The position numbers and the translations under genes are program-made. From contig CAWEMM010000015.1 of the NCBI GenBank assembly GCA_963810095.1, positions 1 to 64,000 on the forward strand: a stretch of 64,000 nucleotides of DNA. The letters run 5' to 3'. Shown one piece after another: positions 10,419-20,881 of this stretch. Position 1 is the first letter of the stretch. The number at the start of each line of letters is the position of its first letter. A model generated the notes under the pieces. That model searched no databases. It worked only from the letters and a program-made list of their open reading frames with translations, and was not told the origin of the DNA. The stretch is from an uncultured Chloroflexia bacterium (GTDB lineage Bacteria > Chloroflexota > Anaerolineae > CG2-30-64-16).

Positions 10419-11664
10419 CTACTCCGCGCTGTCGATACGTCAACAGGCGGCGCTCGCCTTCCAGCGCGCGGACCTCAGTCAGGTCCTGCGTCACCTCGAG
10501 CGTGCCCAGGTACCCGCCCTGGGCGTCGCGCACGGCGTAGTAGCAGATGTAGATCAGCCGCCCGCCCATGTTGATCCAGAAGCGCGCGCGGTCTTCTTTG
10601 CCGGCCTTGAAATCCTTCACGATCTGGTTGACGATATGCACGCTCTTCGGCGGGTGGCAGTATTGCACCTTGCGGCCCAGAATCGCGCGCGAGCGGTCGA
10701 ATACGCGCTCCTTGCCGGGGGTGAAGTAACGCACCGTGTCGTCCTTGTCCACAAAGGTCATGTCGAAAGGCAGGGCGCTGAACGCGGCGATCAACTCATC
10801 GAGGGAGAAACTGCCGGTCGGCATCTGGACGCGCCCGCCCGCCGCCGCCGGCTTCCTGATCTCCTTGTGGATTCCCCCTTCGGGCATCCACTCGAACTGC
10901 GGGGCGTACAGGCAGTAACCGTATTCGTCGCTCTGGAGGTAGATCTCGTACCAGTCCTGCTCGGTCAGCAGGTTGAGCGCGGTCGGGAACAGGATCTTCT
11001 CTTCCTTGAAGACCATGTCGTCGAGCGCATCGAGGGCCGGGGTGACGGTGAACAGGTTGTAGGCTTTGGCTTCGGCGGCGGTCATGCGCTCGACCTGCTG
11101 CAACCCGGCGATCGTCTCCTTGAGCAGGTTGCGGGCCTCGTCGTGTTTGCCCCACATCACCATCGGTGGGCCGGGCAATTGGTTTTTCTCGAAGAAAGGA
11201 AAGAGCAGATATTCCTTGCGGCGGTAGTGCTTGTCCACATCCATCAGGTTGTTGAGCAGCCCCTGAATGGCGCGCATCGGCTCGGTGGCATCCTGGTCAT
11301 CGGCCAGGGTTTCCAGTCCCAGCATCTGCAGGCGGATCTGCGCGGTGGTCTTGGTCAGTTCGCGGTTTTCCCGGACAAAGGTGTTGACCGGGTGGCCGGG
11401 CAGCGTTTCAGGAGTTTCGCTCAGGTCGAGGTGCTTTTTCAGCACGCGGGTGTGCGAGTCGCACAACGCCTGGATTTCTTCCGCCGGGATGCCTTCCTGC
11501 ACCAGTTGAACTTCCATCAGGAAGACATCGCTGTAGTCGGCCTCGTCGAGCATCGTTTCGAGTTGATGCTTGACCTGTTCCTCGGCTACGCCGTTGTGCA
11601 GTTGGCGGACCAGGCTTTTCATGATGCCGATGCGCTGCTGGCGGTTGTTGATGATTTCGCTCAT
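10419..11664 (-). CDS. DUF438 + hemerythrin + PAS domain protein
   Basis: IQALCDSH, PGHPVNTF, HYRRKEYLLFP, VMWGKHDE, YCHPPKS, GTLEVTQD. True stop is probably the TAG at 10419-10421 after a 1-nt error. Confidence 0.88.
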
Positions 11665-11848
11665 GGAGATACCCTTTCGTTGGCAGATAGTTTGTAACCC
11701 AAATTATCCACAGAAACGAGGGAATTTCTATGACTTTTGTCTCCGAAATAGCGAGATCGGCAAGGATCGCTCCGATCAGGCGGCGCAGATCGTCACGCGT
11801 CGCGTCCGCCGGCGATTCCTCCTGCACATGAAGAGGTTCGCTGAGCGA

Positions 11849-11975
11849 AATCATGTGAAAACTGTACACCTTGCTGATTCTCGGCCTCATTTCCTGGGGT
11901 CTGAGCAGAAACGCAGGCTCAAGCTGGCAGCCTGTCTGCCATTTTCGCCCCTGCCGGCGTCGGAGTCAAGGGGGG
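11849..11975. repeat. Direct repeat copy 1 (decayed promoter/leader/gene start of 14463-14810)
   Basis: Near-identical to 14781-14907; start codon ATG>ATC and RBS mutated in this copy. Confidence 0.85.
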
Positions 11976-12003
11976 TTTAAGGGCAATGCCTTCTCAAACA
12001 AGG

Positions 12004-12054
12004 CCGGACTGGAGCCTTTAGGCGGTTTCCCGCCGGCTAAAGCCTCGATTCCGG
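12004..12054. repeat. REP-like palindrome
   Basis: ccggactggagcctttaggcgg...ccggctaaagcctcgattccgg, an imperfect inverted repeat. Confidence 0.5.
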
Positions 12055-12200
12055 ATCGCTATCGGATGCGATATAGGCCACATGGCCAATGCGCGGATTC
12101 GACCGGCGTCTGATGCGCCCGGGGCATTGCCGTCGTATGCTGTACGTGTATCGTTATCAAGGCGGCGGATCGGACCCTGATCGATGGGCCGGGTGCACTG

Positions 12201-12434
12201 ATGAAAAGTGCGCATAGAGGTTTCACTTTTATCGTCTCAGGAGTCATGATGGCAACCCTGTACCTGACCGCCCGCACGCCGGCGCAGGCGCCCGCGTCCA
12301 ACAGCGACCAGGCCATCACAGGCGTAGCCGTGGTGGACGTGGAGAAGGGGATCGTCCTTCCCGATCAGACGGTCATCACCGCCAATGGCCTGATTCAAGC
12401 GATCGGTCCTCGCGCCGGGCTCGCGGCGCCCTGA
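12201..12434 (+). pseudogene. Amidohydrolase N-terminal fragment
   Basis: Signal-peptide-like start, then AITGVAVVDVEKGIVLPDQTVITANGLIQAIG; stops before the HxH motif. Confidence 0.6.
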
Positions 12435-12476
12435 ACGCGTCATGTCCGGCTGCCGCCACATGCGATGAGGTGTAAC

Positions 12477-13166
12477 ATGGAAACCAGCCGCACCATGCCG
12501 TCCGGGTTGGCAAGGAAGGTCTATGGCCGCGCCCTGCTGGCCGTGCCGGTGCTGTGGGCGATCCTGTTCGTCCCGGCCGGCACGCTCGCCTACTGGGAAG
12601 CCTGGGTCTACCTGGCCATCCTCCTGATCCCGATGTTCTTTGTGTTTCGCTATCTCCTCAAGAACGATCCCCAGCTTCTGGAGCGCCGGATGCAGATGCG
12701 GGAGCGGGAAGTCACACAACGGCGCATCATCGGCTTCTCCTCTCTCTACTTCCTGCTGGCCTTTGTGCTGCCGGGCCTCGACAAGCGGTGGGGCTGGTCC
12801 GACGTCCCCCCGCCGGTCGTGATCGCGGCCGATCTCCTGGTCCTGTTGGGCTACGGCCTCTTCGTCCTGGTCCTGCGGGAGAATCAGTATGCCTCCCGCA
12901 CCATTCAGGTCGAGCGGGGCCAAACCGTGATCAGCAGCGGTCCGTATGCGCTCGTGCGCCATCCAATGTACCTGGGCGTGGCGCTGATGTACCTGGCGTC
13001 GCCGCTGGCCCTGGGTTCCTATTGGGCGCTGCTCCCGGGGCTGTTGATCGTCCCCATTCTCGTCGCAAGGATCATCAACGAGGAGAAGGTGCTGGCGCGT
13101 GACCTGAACGGCTACACCGCGTACACTCAACAGACGCGCTACCGGCTGCTGCCGGGGGTGTGGTAG
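12477..13166 (+). CDS. Isoprenylcysteine carboxyl methyltransferase family protein
   Basis: ENQYASRTIQV...VISSGPYALVRHPMYLG...RIINEEKVL...Y...RYRLLPGVW. Confidence 0.9.
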   Translation: METSRTMPSGLARKVYGRALLAVPVLWAILFVPAGTLAYWEAWVYLAILLIPMFFVFRYLLKNDPQLLERRMQMREREVTQRRIIGFSSLYFLLAFVLPGLDKRWGWSDVPPPVVIAADLLVLLGYGLFVLVLRENQYASRTIQVERGQTVISSGPYALVRHPMYLGVALMYLASPLALGSYWALLPGLLIVPILVARIINEEKVLARDLNGYTAYTQQTRYRLLPGVW

Positions 13167-13198
13167 CCACTGCGACACGGAGGCGCTTCGCCTCCGAT

Positions 13199-14191
13199 CT
13201 ACTGCGGCAGCACTTTGAACGTATCGATCACCTGCTCGGCTGCGTCCTGGCAATTGCTGTTGCCCCGGCCGGAATACGCCTCGGGCAGCAGCACCCCGAA
13301 GATCCAGGTAATGTCCCCCTGCGCCGATGAGTACTGGATGATGTTCGACTGCACCTGCGAGAGGGTCCACTCGCGTTCGGCCTTCCACGTCATCGCCATC
13401 TGCGTCGCGCCCACCGGCCCGGCCCGCAGCCAGACGGCGCAGCCCGGCAGCGAGCGATGCTTCAGTTGGCTCTGCCGGCCCGAGCCGTCGTCCGCCACGT
13501 ATTCCCACACGGCCGTATCGTAGGCCACGTCGAAGGCGGGCGTGGCGCGGTAGGGGTTGGGACCTTGATAATGCGCGACACCGGCGACAGTGGACGCCAC
13601 GGGCGTCGTCGCGGCCGTCGACGTCGCGGCCGGCGACGTCGCCTCGACGGTTGCCTCGCCGGTTGGCAGAAGCGCGGGGTCCTCGGCCGGCGGCTGGCTG
13701 GATGGCGAGGTCACGGGGACGCTGAACGTGGTCGTCGCGCCGTTGGCGGTGACCGTGTATTGGCCTTCCGGCAGCTCCACCACGTTGATCGGGATGGCGA
13801 TGCGAAACGGCAGGCCGAGGAAATCGGGGGGGCAGGCGGGGTCGGCGGCCGTCGCCAGCAGGGTGATGTCGAAGGTTTTGCCCGCATACCGCTGCGTGAC
13901 TTGCGCCAGTTGCGCGCAGAGGTCGGGCCACTCGCCGCTGACGAAGGCGTCGACCGGGATGGGGGAGCCCACGCCGACATCGACGGCCACGCTCGCGACC
14001 GTAAGGGGGCGCAGGCCGGCCGCTGCCGGGGTGCTGAGGCCGGTTGCAGGCTCGGTCCGGACCACAGGCGCGCCCGGGACGCCGGTCGCCGGCTGAGAAC
14101 TGCTGCTCGTGGACACGGGGACGCAGCCCCCGGCAGTCAAGAGCACAAGAACCATGAGTGCGATCAGGGGCAGACTTTTGCGGAAGAACAT
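13199..14191 (-). CDS. Putative lipoprotein
   Basis: MFFRKSLPLIALMVLVLLTAGGC lipobox-like signal; Pro/Ala/Thr linkers; paired Cys; AGGAGAG RBS. Confidence 0.7.
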   Translation of the reverse strand: MFFRKSLPLIALMVLVLLTAGGCVPVSTSSSSQPATGVPGAPVVRTEPATGLSTPAAAGLRPLTVASVAVDVGVGSPIPVDAFVSGEWPDLCAQLAQVTQRYAGKTFDITLLATAADPACPPDFLGLPFRIAIPINVVELPEGQYTVTANGATTTFSVPVTSPSSQPPAEDPALLPTGEATVEATSPAATSTAATTPVASTVAGVAHYQGPNPYRATPAFDVAYDTAVWEYVADDGSGRQSQLKHRSLPGCAVWLRAGPVGATQMAMTWKAEREWTLSQVQSNIIQYSSAQGDITWIFGVLLPEAYSGRGNSNCQDAAEQVIDTFKVLPQ

Positions 14192-14462
14192 CTTTCTCTC
14201 CTGGAAGTAAGTTGGCCTGGACCAAAAGAAAAGACGCACGGAGACGGTTGTTTGATCCATCGTTTTCCTGGGGCTGTTGAAGACGGCGCATCCGCTGTTC
14301 TCGGCATAGCCGATGACGCTCGCGTTGCCGGCCCGAGAATCCATGCCCGCCAGCCGGTGCAGGATCGCGATATGTCACGGCCGCCAGCGATTCCTCCCAT
14401 TAATGAGAGGTTCGCCGGCGGCCGTGCCGGTGGGCGAGGTAAGCCGGCATCCCGGCCCGTGT

Positions 14463-14810
14463 CTACACTTCCCGATAGTCCGTATAGATCACATCGATCG
14501 GGGTTGCGTACTCGTCCCACTTCGCCAGGGCCGGACCCTGGACGCCCATCCACTCCATGAACTCGGCCGATCCCTGCCGGGCCGCCGGGCCGGCTTCCGG
14601 GAAGAGCTGGTTCCGCCGCTCCACGCTGTCGAATTCGAACATCACAAGATACTTGCCCTCGCGGTCGCCCCGATCACCCTTGAGCAGCCGCATGGCCATC
14701 CCGCTCAGCATCGTCCAGGACTCGAGAATCCCACGGATGTACCGCTCGAAGTCCGGCCCACTCGCGCCTGCCTTCAGCGCAATCATGTGGAAACTGTACA
14801 CCTTGCTCAT
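14463..14810 (-). CDS. Hypothetical protein (possible dimeric alpha/beta-barrel)
   Basis: AAAGGAGG RBS; LLKGDRGDREGKYLVMFEFDSVERRNQLFP. Confidence 0.75.
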   Translation of the reverse strand: MSKVYSFHMIALKAGASGPDFERYIRGILESWTMLSGMAMRLLKGDRGDREGKYLVMFEFDSVERRNQLFPEAGPAARQGSAEFMEWMGVQGPALAKWDEYATPIDVIYTDYREV

Positions 14811-14907
14811 TCTTGGCCTCCTTTCCTGGGGTCTCAGCAGAAACTCAGGCTCAAGCTGGCAGCCTGTCTGCCATTTTCGCGCCGGCCGGCGCCGGCGTCA
14901 AGGGTTT
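14781..14907. repeat. Direct repeat copy 2 (intact promoter/leader of the 14810 gene)
   Basis: Matches 11849-11975. Confidence 0.85.
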
Positions 14908-15091
14908 TCGGATGTTGTGCCGAAAAACGCCCCGCAACGGCCGCCGGGTGTTCGTCCAGGCATCTGTCACCGGTGGACAGAACGTTCTTGCGCGAAACCG
15001 CACACCGGCTGAGCCTTCGGGCGTCTCCTGTCAATTCGTGGCCGCTGCCGGCCGGCAGCATGGATCACGAAGGGCCTGATCGCAACGTGAG

Positions 15092-15121
15092 TTGCATGAT
15101 TCACAAAGCACCGTGTATAAT
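15092..15121 (+). promoter_or_regulatory. Sigma70 promoter of the helicase operon
   Basis: TTGCAT-18 bp-TATAAT. Confidence 0.65.
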
Positions 15122-15151
15122 TTGGCAAGCAACTCTTTGGAGTCTGTCCGC

Positions 15152-18100
15152 ATGAGCCAACTCGAACAACTGCAACCCAACGCCGCATTGTGCGGGATTC
15201 TGCCCGATGCCCCGGTGACGGTGGTCAGTGTCCAGTGGTTCGGCTCGGAAGCGCTCGAGCTCACGTACAAGACGCCGACCGGCAAGGTGGCGAATGAGCT
15301 GCTGTATCGCCACGACGAGGCACGCCTCGATGTCGTCGAGCACGGCCGCCCCTGGAGCTTTGACGGCGACGGCGCGCTGTTCCGCCTGGTCTCCGAAGCA
15401 CAGCGCATCCGGCTGGCGCACCTCTTCGATCCGGTGCTGGCGGTGCATACCTCCATCGTCGAGCCGCTACCGCACCAGATCACGGCGGTTTACGAGACCA
15501 TGCTGCCGCGCCAGCCCCTGCGCTTCCTGTTGGCGGACGACCCCGGCGCCGGGAAGACCATTATGGCCGGCCTGTTGATGAAGGAGCTGATCGCGCGCGG
15601 CGACCTGCAACGCTGCCTGGTGGTCTGCCCGGGCAGCCTCGCCGAGCAGTGGCAAGATGAGCTTTACCGCCGTTTCCACCTGCCCTTTGAGATCCTCACC
15701 AACGACAAGCTGGAGGCGGCCCCCTTCGGGCCGGCAACTGGTTCCTGGAGACCAACCTGGTAATCGCCCGGCTCGACAAGCTCGCCCGTAACGAAGATGT
15801 GCAGCAGAAGCTTCAGGCGCCCGATGGCCGTTGGGATCTGATTGTCTGCGATGAAGCGCATAAAATGTCGGCCTCGGTTTTCGGCGGCGAGCTCAAGTAC
15901 ACCAAACGTTACCGGCTGGGCCAACTGCTCTCGACGCTCACGCGGCACTTCCTGTTGATGACGGCGACGCCGCACAACGGCAAGGAAGAGGACTTTCAGC
16001 TCTTCATGGCGCTGCTCGACGGCGACCGCTTCGAGGGCCGTTTCCGCGACGGCGTGCACGTGACCGACGTTTCGGATCTGATGCGCCGCATGGTGAAGGA
16101 GCGGCTGCTCAAGTTCGATGGCACGCCGCTCTTCCCGGAGCGCATCGCTTACACGGTGCCCTACAAGCTCTCGCCGCCCGAAGCCCACCTCTACAAGGCC
16201 GTCACTGACTATGTGCGTGAGGAGTTCAATCGCGCCGAAGCGCTGCAGAACGACAAGCGGGCCGGCACGGTCGGCTTTGCGCTGACGATCCTGCAGCGGC
16301 GGCTGGCTTCCTCACCCGAAGCGATCTACCGTTCGCTGCGCCGCCGCCACGAGCGGCTGGAAAAGCGACTCCGCGAACTTGAACTGCTGCAGCGGGGCGC
16401 GGTGTGGGTATTCGACAGGATTTACAGGATTTACAGGATTTTATTTTCTCCAAAAGTATCGACTTGAATCCTGTTGATCCTGCTAATCCTGTCAAATCTC
16501 TCCTCGGCCCTGAGGACATCGAAGATCTCGAAGAAGCGCCCGAAAACGAGGTTGCCGTCGTCGAGGAGGAGATCCTCGACCAGGCCACGGCCGCGCGCAC
16601 CATTGACGAACTCAAGGCCGAGATCGCCACCCTGAAACACCTGGAAGCGTTGGCCCTCGGCGTCCGGCGCAGCGGCACGGACACCAAATGGCGTGAGCTG
16701 GCCTGCCTGCTCGGCGAGATCTTCACGCCTGCCGCCATAGCCAACCGCCTGGCCGAGGAGCGAGCGACGTACACGCTTGGACAGGATAAACAGGATTTTC
16801 AGGATGAGCACGAAAAACATCCTGTTCATCTTGTCAATCCTGTCCCACATCCGGTCTCCTCGCCCCGGCAGAAGCTGGTGCTCTTCACCGAGCACCGCGA
16901 CACGCTCACCTATCTGGAGAACCGCATCACCACGCTGCTGGGCCGCTACGAGGCCGTGGTCGTGATCCACGGCGGCATGGGCCGCGAGGAGCGCATGAAG
17001 GCGCAAGAGTCCTTCCGCCACGATCCCGAGGTGCAGGTGCTGCTGGCCACCGACGCGGCGGGCGAGGGCATCAACCTCCAGCGCGCCCACCTGATGGTGA
17101 ACTACGATTTGCCGTGGAACCCCAACCGCATCGAGCAGCGCTTCGGCCGCATCCACCGCATCGGCCAGACCGAGGTGTGCCACCTGTGGAACCTGGTGGC
17201 CGAGGAGACCCGCGAAGGCGACGTCTACCGGCGGCTGCTGGAGAAGCTGGAGCAGGCCCGCCAGGCCCTCGGCGGCCAGGTCTTCGACGTGCTGGGCAAG
17301 CTGCAATTCGAGGGCAAGCCCCTGCGCGATCTGCTCATCGAGGCGATCCGTTACGGCGATCAACCCGAGGTGCGCGCCCACCTGACGACCGTGCTGGACC
17401 ACGCGCTGGACCGAGAGCAGTTGCAGAACCTGCTGGAAGAGGGGGCGCTCGCCCACGACGTGATGGACGCCACGCGGGTCTATCGCATCCGGGAGGAGAT
17501 GGAACGCGCCGAGGCCCGCCGCCTGCAACCGCACTACATCGAGTCGTTCTTTCTGGAGGCGTTCAAACGCCTGGGCGGCACGGCCAAACAGCGCGAGCCG
17601 CGTCGTTTCGAGGTGACCCATGTGCCGGCCCTGATTCGGAACCGCGATCGCCTCATCGGCATCGGTGAGCCGGTGCTGCCGCGTTACGAGCGCATCGCCT
17701 TTGAAAAGGAGTTCGTGGCGCCGCCCGGCCAACCACCGGCCGCCTTCGTCTGCCCGGGCCATCCGCTGCTGGACGCGGTGCTCGACCTCACCCTCGAACG
17801 GCAGTGTGATCTGCTCAAGCGCGGCGCGGTGCTGGTAGACGAGCGCGACCCGGGGACGCAGCCCCGCGTCCTCTTCTATCTGGAGCACGCCATCCAGGAC
17901 GCCAGTCTGACACGTAGCAACGAGCGCCGCGTCATCTCCCAGCGGATGCTCTACGTTGAGCTTAGGGCCGACGGTACGGCACGCCACCTGCACTACGCCC
18001 CCTATCTCGACTATCGCCCCCTGGCTGAGGGCGAACCCGGCGTGGACGCGCTCCTCGACCGGGCTGAGTGCGCCTGGATCTCGCGGACGTTGGAACAGCA

Positions 18101-18870
18101 GGTGCAGGGCTACGCCATCGCCCACGTCGTGCCGGAGCATCTGGCCGAAGTGCGTGCCCTCAAGCTGGCGCTGATCGCCAAGACCGAGGCCGCGGTCAAG
18201 GATCGGCTGATCAAGGAGATCACCTACTGGGACCAGCGCGCCGAGCAGCTCAAGCTCCAGGAGCAGGCCGGCAAGCCGAACGCCAGGCTCAACTCGGCGA
18301 GGCGCGCAAGCGTGCCGACGGCTTACAGGGGCGGCTGCAAAAGCGGCTGGAAGAGTTGAAGCTCGAAGCCCAGATCTCGCCGCTGCCGCCCGTGGTGCTG
18401 GGCGGGGTGCTGGTGGTGCCGATGGGGTTGCTCGCGGCCATGGCCAGCACGCAAACAGTGCCGGCGGCCCTGATGGCGGCGCGCCAGGTCGATACGCAGG
18501 CTGCCGCCGCCCACGCTCGGGCTATCGTGATGGCGGTCGAGCGCAGCCTCGGCTTCGAGCCGACCGACCGCGAGTTCGAGCAACTTGGTTACGAATCGAG
18601 AGCCGCGTGCCCGGGACGGGCAAGCTGCGGTTCATCGAGGTGAAGGGGCGCATCACCGGTGCCGAGACCGTGACAGTCACCAAGAACGAGATCCTGTATT
18701 CGTTGAACAAGCCGGACGATTATGTCTTGGCGATTGTCGAGTTCCTGAGCGATAATGAGCACCGGACCCACTACCTGCGCCGGCCCTTCCAACGTGAGCC
18801 GGATTTTGGGGTGACCAGCGTGAATTACGATTTCGCCGGGCTGCTGGCGCGGGCAGAGGCGCCAAGATAA
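15152..18870 (+). CDS. SNF2-family helicase with C-terminal DUF3883/NOV domain (DrmD/RapA-like), multiply frameshifted
   Basis: [66 protein letters not shown]...VTVTKNE. Confidence 0.9.
16410..16497. repeat. Palindromic element inside the helicase CDS (3x CAGGAT ... 3x ATCCTG)
   Basis: gacaggatttacaggatttacaggatt...aatcctgttgatcctgctaatcctgtc; AT-rich within a GC-rich gene. Confidence 0.85.
16779..16845. repeat. Second palindromic element inside the helicase CDS
   Basis: ggacaggataaacaggattttcaggatg...catcctgttcatcttgtcaatcctgtcc. Confidence 0.85.
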
Positions 18871-18895
18871 AGCTCAAACCAAGAGGCAATCCACT

Positions 18896-20104
18896 ATGTT
18901 GAGCCAAGAACAACTCCAAACCATGCTGTTCGAACTGGAGTCCGATCGCGTTGAACGCACTGTGTCTGTCAATAACACCGACAAATTCGGACAGGCCATC
19001 TGCGCCTTCGCAAATGATTTTCCCAATCATCGCCAGCCCGGATACCTCATCGTTGGCGCAAGCGACGACGGGCGCCCCAGCGGTCTTTCTGTCACCGATG
19101 ATTTACTTCAGAACCTCGCCGCGTTGCGCTCCGACGGGAACATTCAACCGCTCCCGGCCATCACGGTGAGCCGACACTCCCTGCCCGGTGGCGATCTGGC
19201 GGTGGTCGAAGTTCTGCCTTCGGATCTGCCCCCTGTGCGCTACAAGGGCAAAGTCTGGATTCGTGTTGGCCCGCGTCGCGCAACCGCCAGCGAGCAAGAG
19301 GAGCGTATTCTCAGCGAGCGACGCATTTCCTACGCCAGGTCTTTCGATGCCCTGCCTTGCCTGGAGAGCACGCTGGCCGATCTCTCCCAGGAACGCTTCT
19401 ATCTTTCCTATTTGCGACGCGCCGTGGCCGAGGAGGTGATCGTCGAGAACCAGCGTCCGTTCAAGCTGCAACTGGCCAGCCTGCGTTTGTTCGATCTCAA
19501 GCAAGATTGTCCCACCCATGCGGGTGTCCTGCTCCTCGCAGATGAGCCTACCTACTACTTGCCGGGGGCTTACGTTCAGTTCGTGCGGTATGCCGGCGGT
19601 GATATGAGCAGTGATGTGATTGATGAAAAGCGGGCGATGGGAGATTTGCACACGATCCTGAAGACCCTCGACCTCCTGATGGATGTCAACTTGCGCCAGT
19701 ACCCTGTGCCGGTGAGCGCGTTGCGTGAGGCTATGATCAGCGACTACCCCAAGGTTGCAGTGCGTGAACTTCTTATCAACGCGATCATGCATCGCAATTA
19801 TCAGTCGAACGCGCCCGTGCGTTTCTACTGGTTCCCCGATCACATCGAGATCAACAACCCAGGCGGGCTTTATGGCGAGGCGTCTCCGGAGAATTTCCCG
19901 TATGCTGTTGGCTATCGCAATCCGGTCATTGCTGAGGCTATCCGCGTCCTGGGGTATACAAATCGCTTTGGACAGGGAGTGCTGCGCGCACGCAAGGCGC
20001 TCGAAATCAACCAGAACTCCGCAGCCAGGTTCACCTTCGATCCGCACTGGTTCTCCGTACGGATCGAAGCCCGTGTCGCCGACGGCGTCCCGGGCCAGGA
20101 ATGA
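18896..20104 (+). CDS. AlbA_2/Schlafen domain + HATPase_c_4 (RecG-C-like) protein
   Basis: ESDRVE, AICAFAND, GYLIVGASDDG, VRELLINAIMHRNY, IEINNPGGL, YRNPVIAE, NRFGQGV. Confidence 0.85.
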   Translation: MLSQEQLQTMLFELESDRVERTVSVNNTDKFGQAICAFANDFPNHRQPGYLIVGASDDGRPSGLSVTDDLLQNLAALRSDGNIQPLPAITVSRHSLPGGDLAVVEVLPSDLPPVRYKGKVWIRVGPRRATASEQEERILSERRISYARSFDALPCLESTLADLSQERFYLSYLRRAVAEEVIVENQRPFKLQLASLRLFDLKQDCPTHAGVLLLADEPTYYLPGAYVQFVRYAGGDMSSDVIDEKRAMGDLHTILKTLDLLMDVNLRQYPVPVSALREAMISDYPKVAVRELLINAIMHRNYQSNAPVRFYWFPDHIEINNPGGLYGEASPENFPYAVGYRNPVIAEAIRVLGYTNRFGQGVLRARKALEINQNSAARFTFDPHWFSVRIEARVADGVPGQE

Positions 20105-20157
20105 CGCATTTAGGCGCCGGCCAGGCTTGGGGCTGCCAGCATCGACTACGCCTGTGT

Positions 20158-20190
20158 AGGCCTTTAGGGCCTGCGAGACCCTAAAGGCCT
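20158..20190. repeat. Intergenic hairpin (REP-like or terminator)
   Basis: AGGCCTTTAGGG-N9-CCCTAAAGGCCT. Confidence 0.6.
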
Positions 20191-20214
20191 GAGGGAACCG
20201 TGAGAGGATCCGCC

Positions 20215-20304
20215 ATGACTAGCAAAGCCAACAGACCACTCCGTTTGACAGCGGTGCATCTTGAGAATTGGCGCAACTTCACGCTGGCCCATGTTGCGCT
20301 GCAA
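20215..20304 (+). pseudogene. N-terminal 30-codon stub of an SMC/AAA_21-type ATPase
   Basis: GAGGA RBS, then MTSKANRPLRLTAVHLENWRNFTLAHVALQ; similarity is lost before the Walker A motif. Confidence 0.6.
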
Positions 20305-20308
20305 CTGG

Positions 20309-20719
20309 CCGAACGGCAAATATGCCGGGCAGGCGCTCACCGACGGCAGCCTGTCGGCGATGCCCGGCACCGACGTCAACGGACCGACCGCGTTGGTGAT
20401 GTCTGCGGCGAAGAGCCAGGATGCCATCAAGTACACCGCAACGCACATGAACATGAAATTCCCGCCCGATCAACTGAAGACGCGCAAGGGCCGGGATAAC
20501 GTGCTGAGGCTCGTCAAGACCTACTTTGACAACGACGGCTATCACATCCAGTTCAATGTCCTGGACACCAACATTCTGAGGGACGCACAGAAGCACCCGG
20601 AAAACTACCGTGACCTCGTGGTCCGGGTAGCCGGTTTCAGTGCCTTCTTCACCAAGCTGGCCCCAGGCGTGCAGGACGAGATCATTGCTCGTACCCTGCA
20701 GAGTTTCGAGCAGGCATAG
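20309..20719 (+). pseudogene. C-terminal glycyl-radical domain of a GRE (5' part missing)
   Basis: TDGSLSAMPGTDVNGPTAL, NMKF, YHIQFNV, AQKHPENYRDLVVRVAGFSAFF..QDEIIART. Confidence 0.9.
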
Positions 20720-20730
20720 GACATCGCGGA

Positions 20731-20767
20731 TCCGGTGCGGCGTGGCCCTGCGTCACGCCGCACCGGA
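20731..20767 (+). terminator. Strong hairpin after the GRE stop
   Basis: TCCGGTGCGGCGTG...CACGCCGCACCGGA, 14-bp stem. Confidence 0.6.
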
Positions 20768-20881
20768 AGTCCCTTGCTGAGCGCCCACGCGCGTTTGGCA
20801 CGCAATACTACAAAGACAGAACTGAACGCGTTAACCGATTGTGAATCGAAAAGCCCAATCGACTAGCTGGAAAGGTGCAAT

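Noticed and set aside
11704-11712. DnaA box TTATCCACA
   Set aside because: Single copy, with no cluster or dnaA context.
20261-20719. Autonomous glycyl radical cofactor (GrcA/YfiD-like)
   Set aside because: The TTG start has no RBS and the first codons are the out-of-frame ATPase stub. A truncated full-length GRE fits better.
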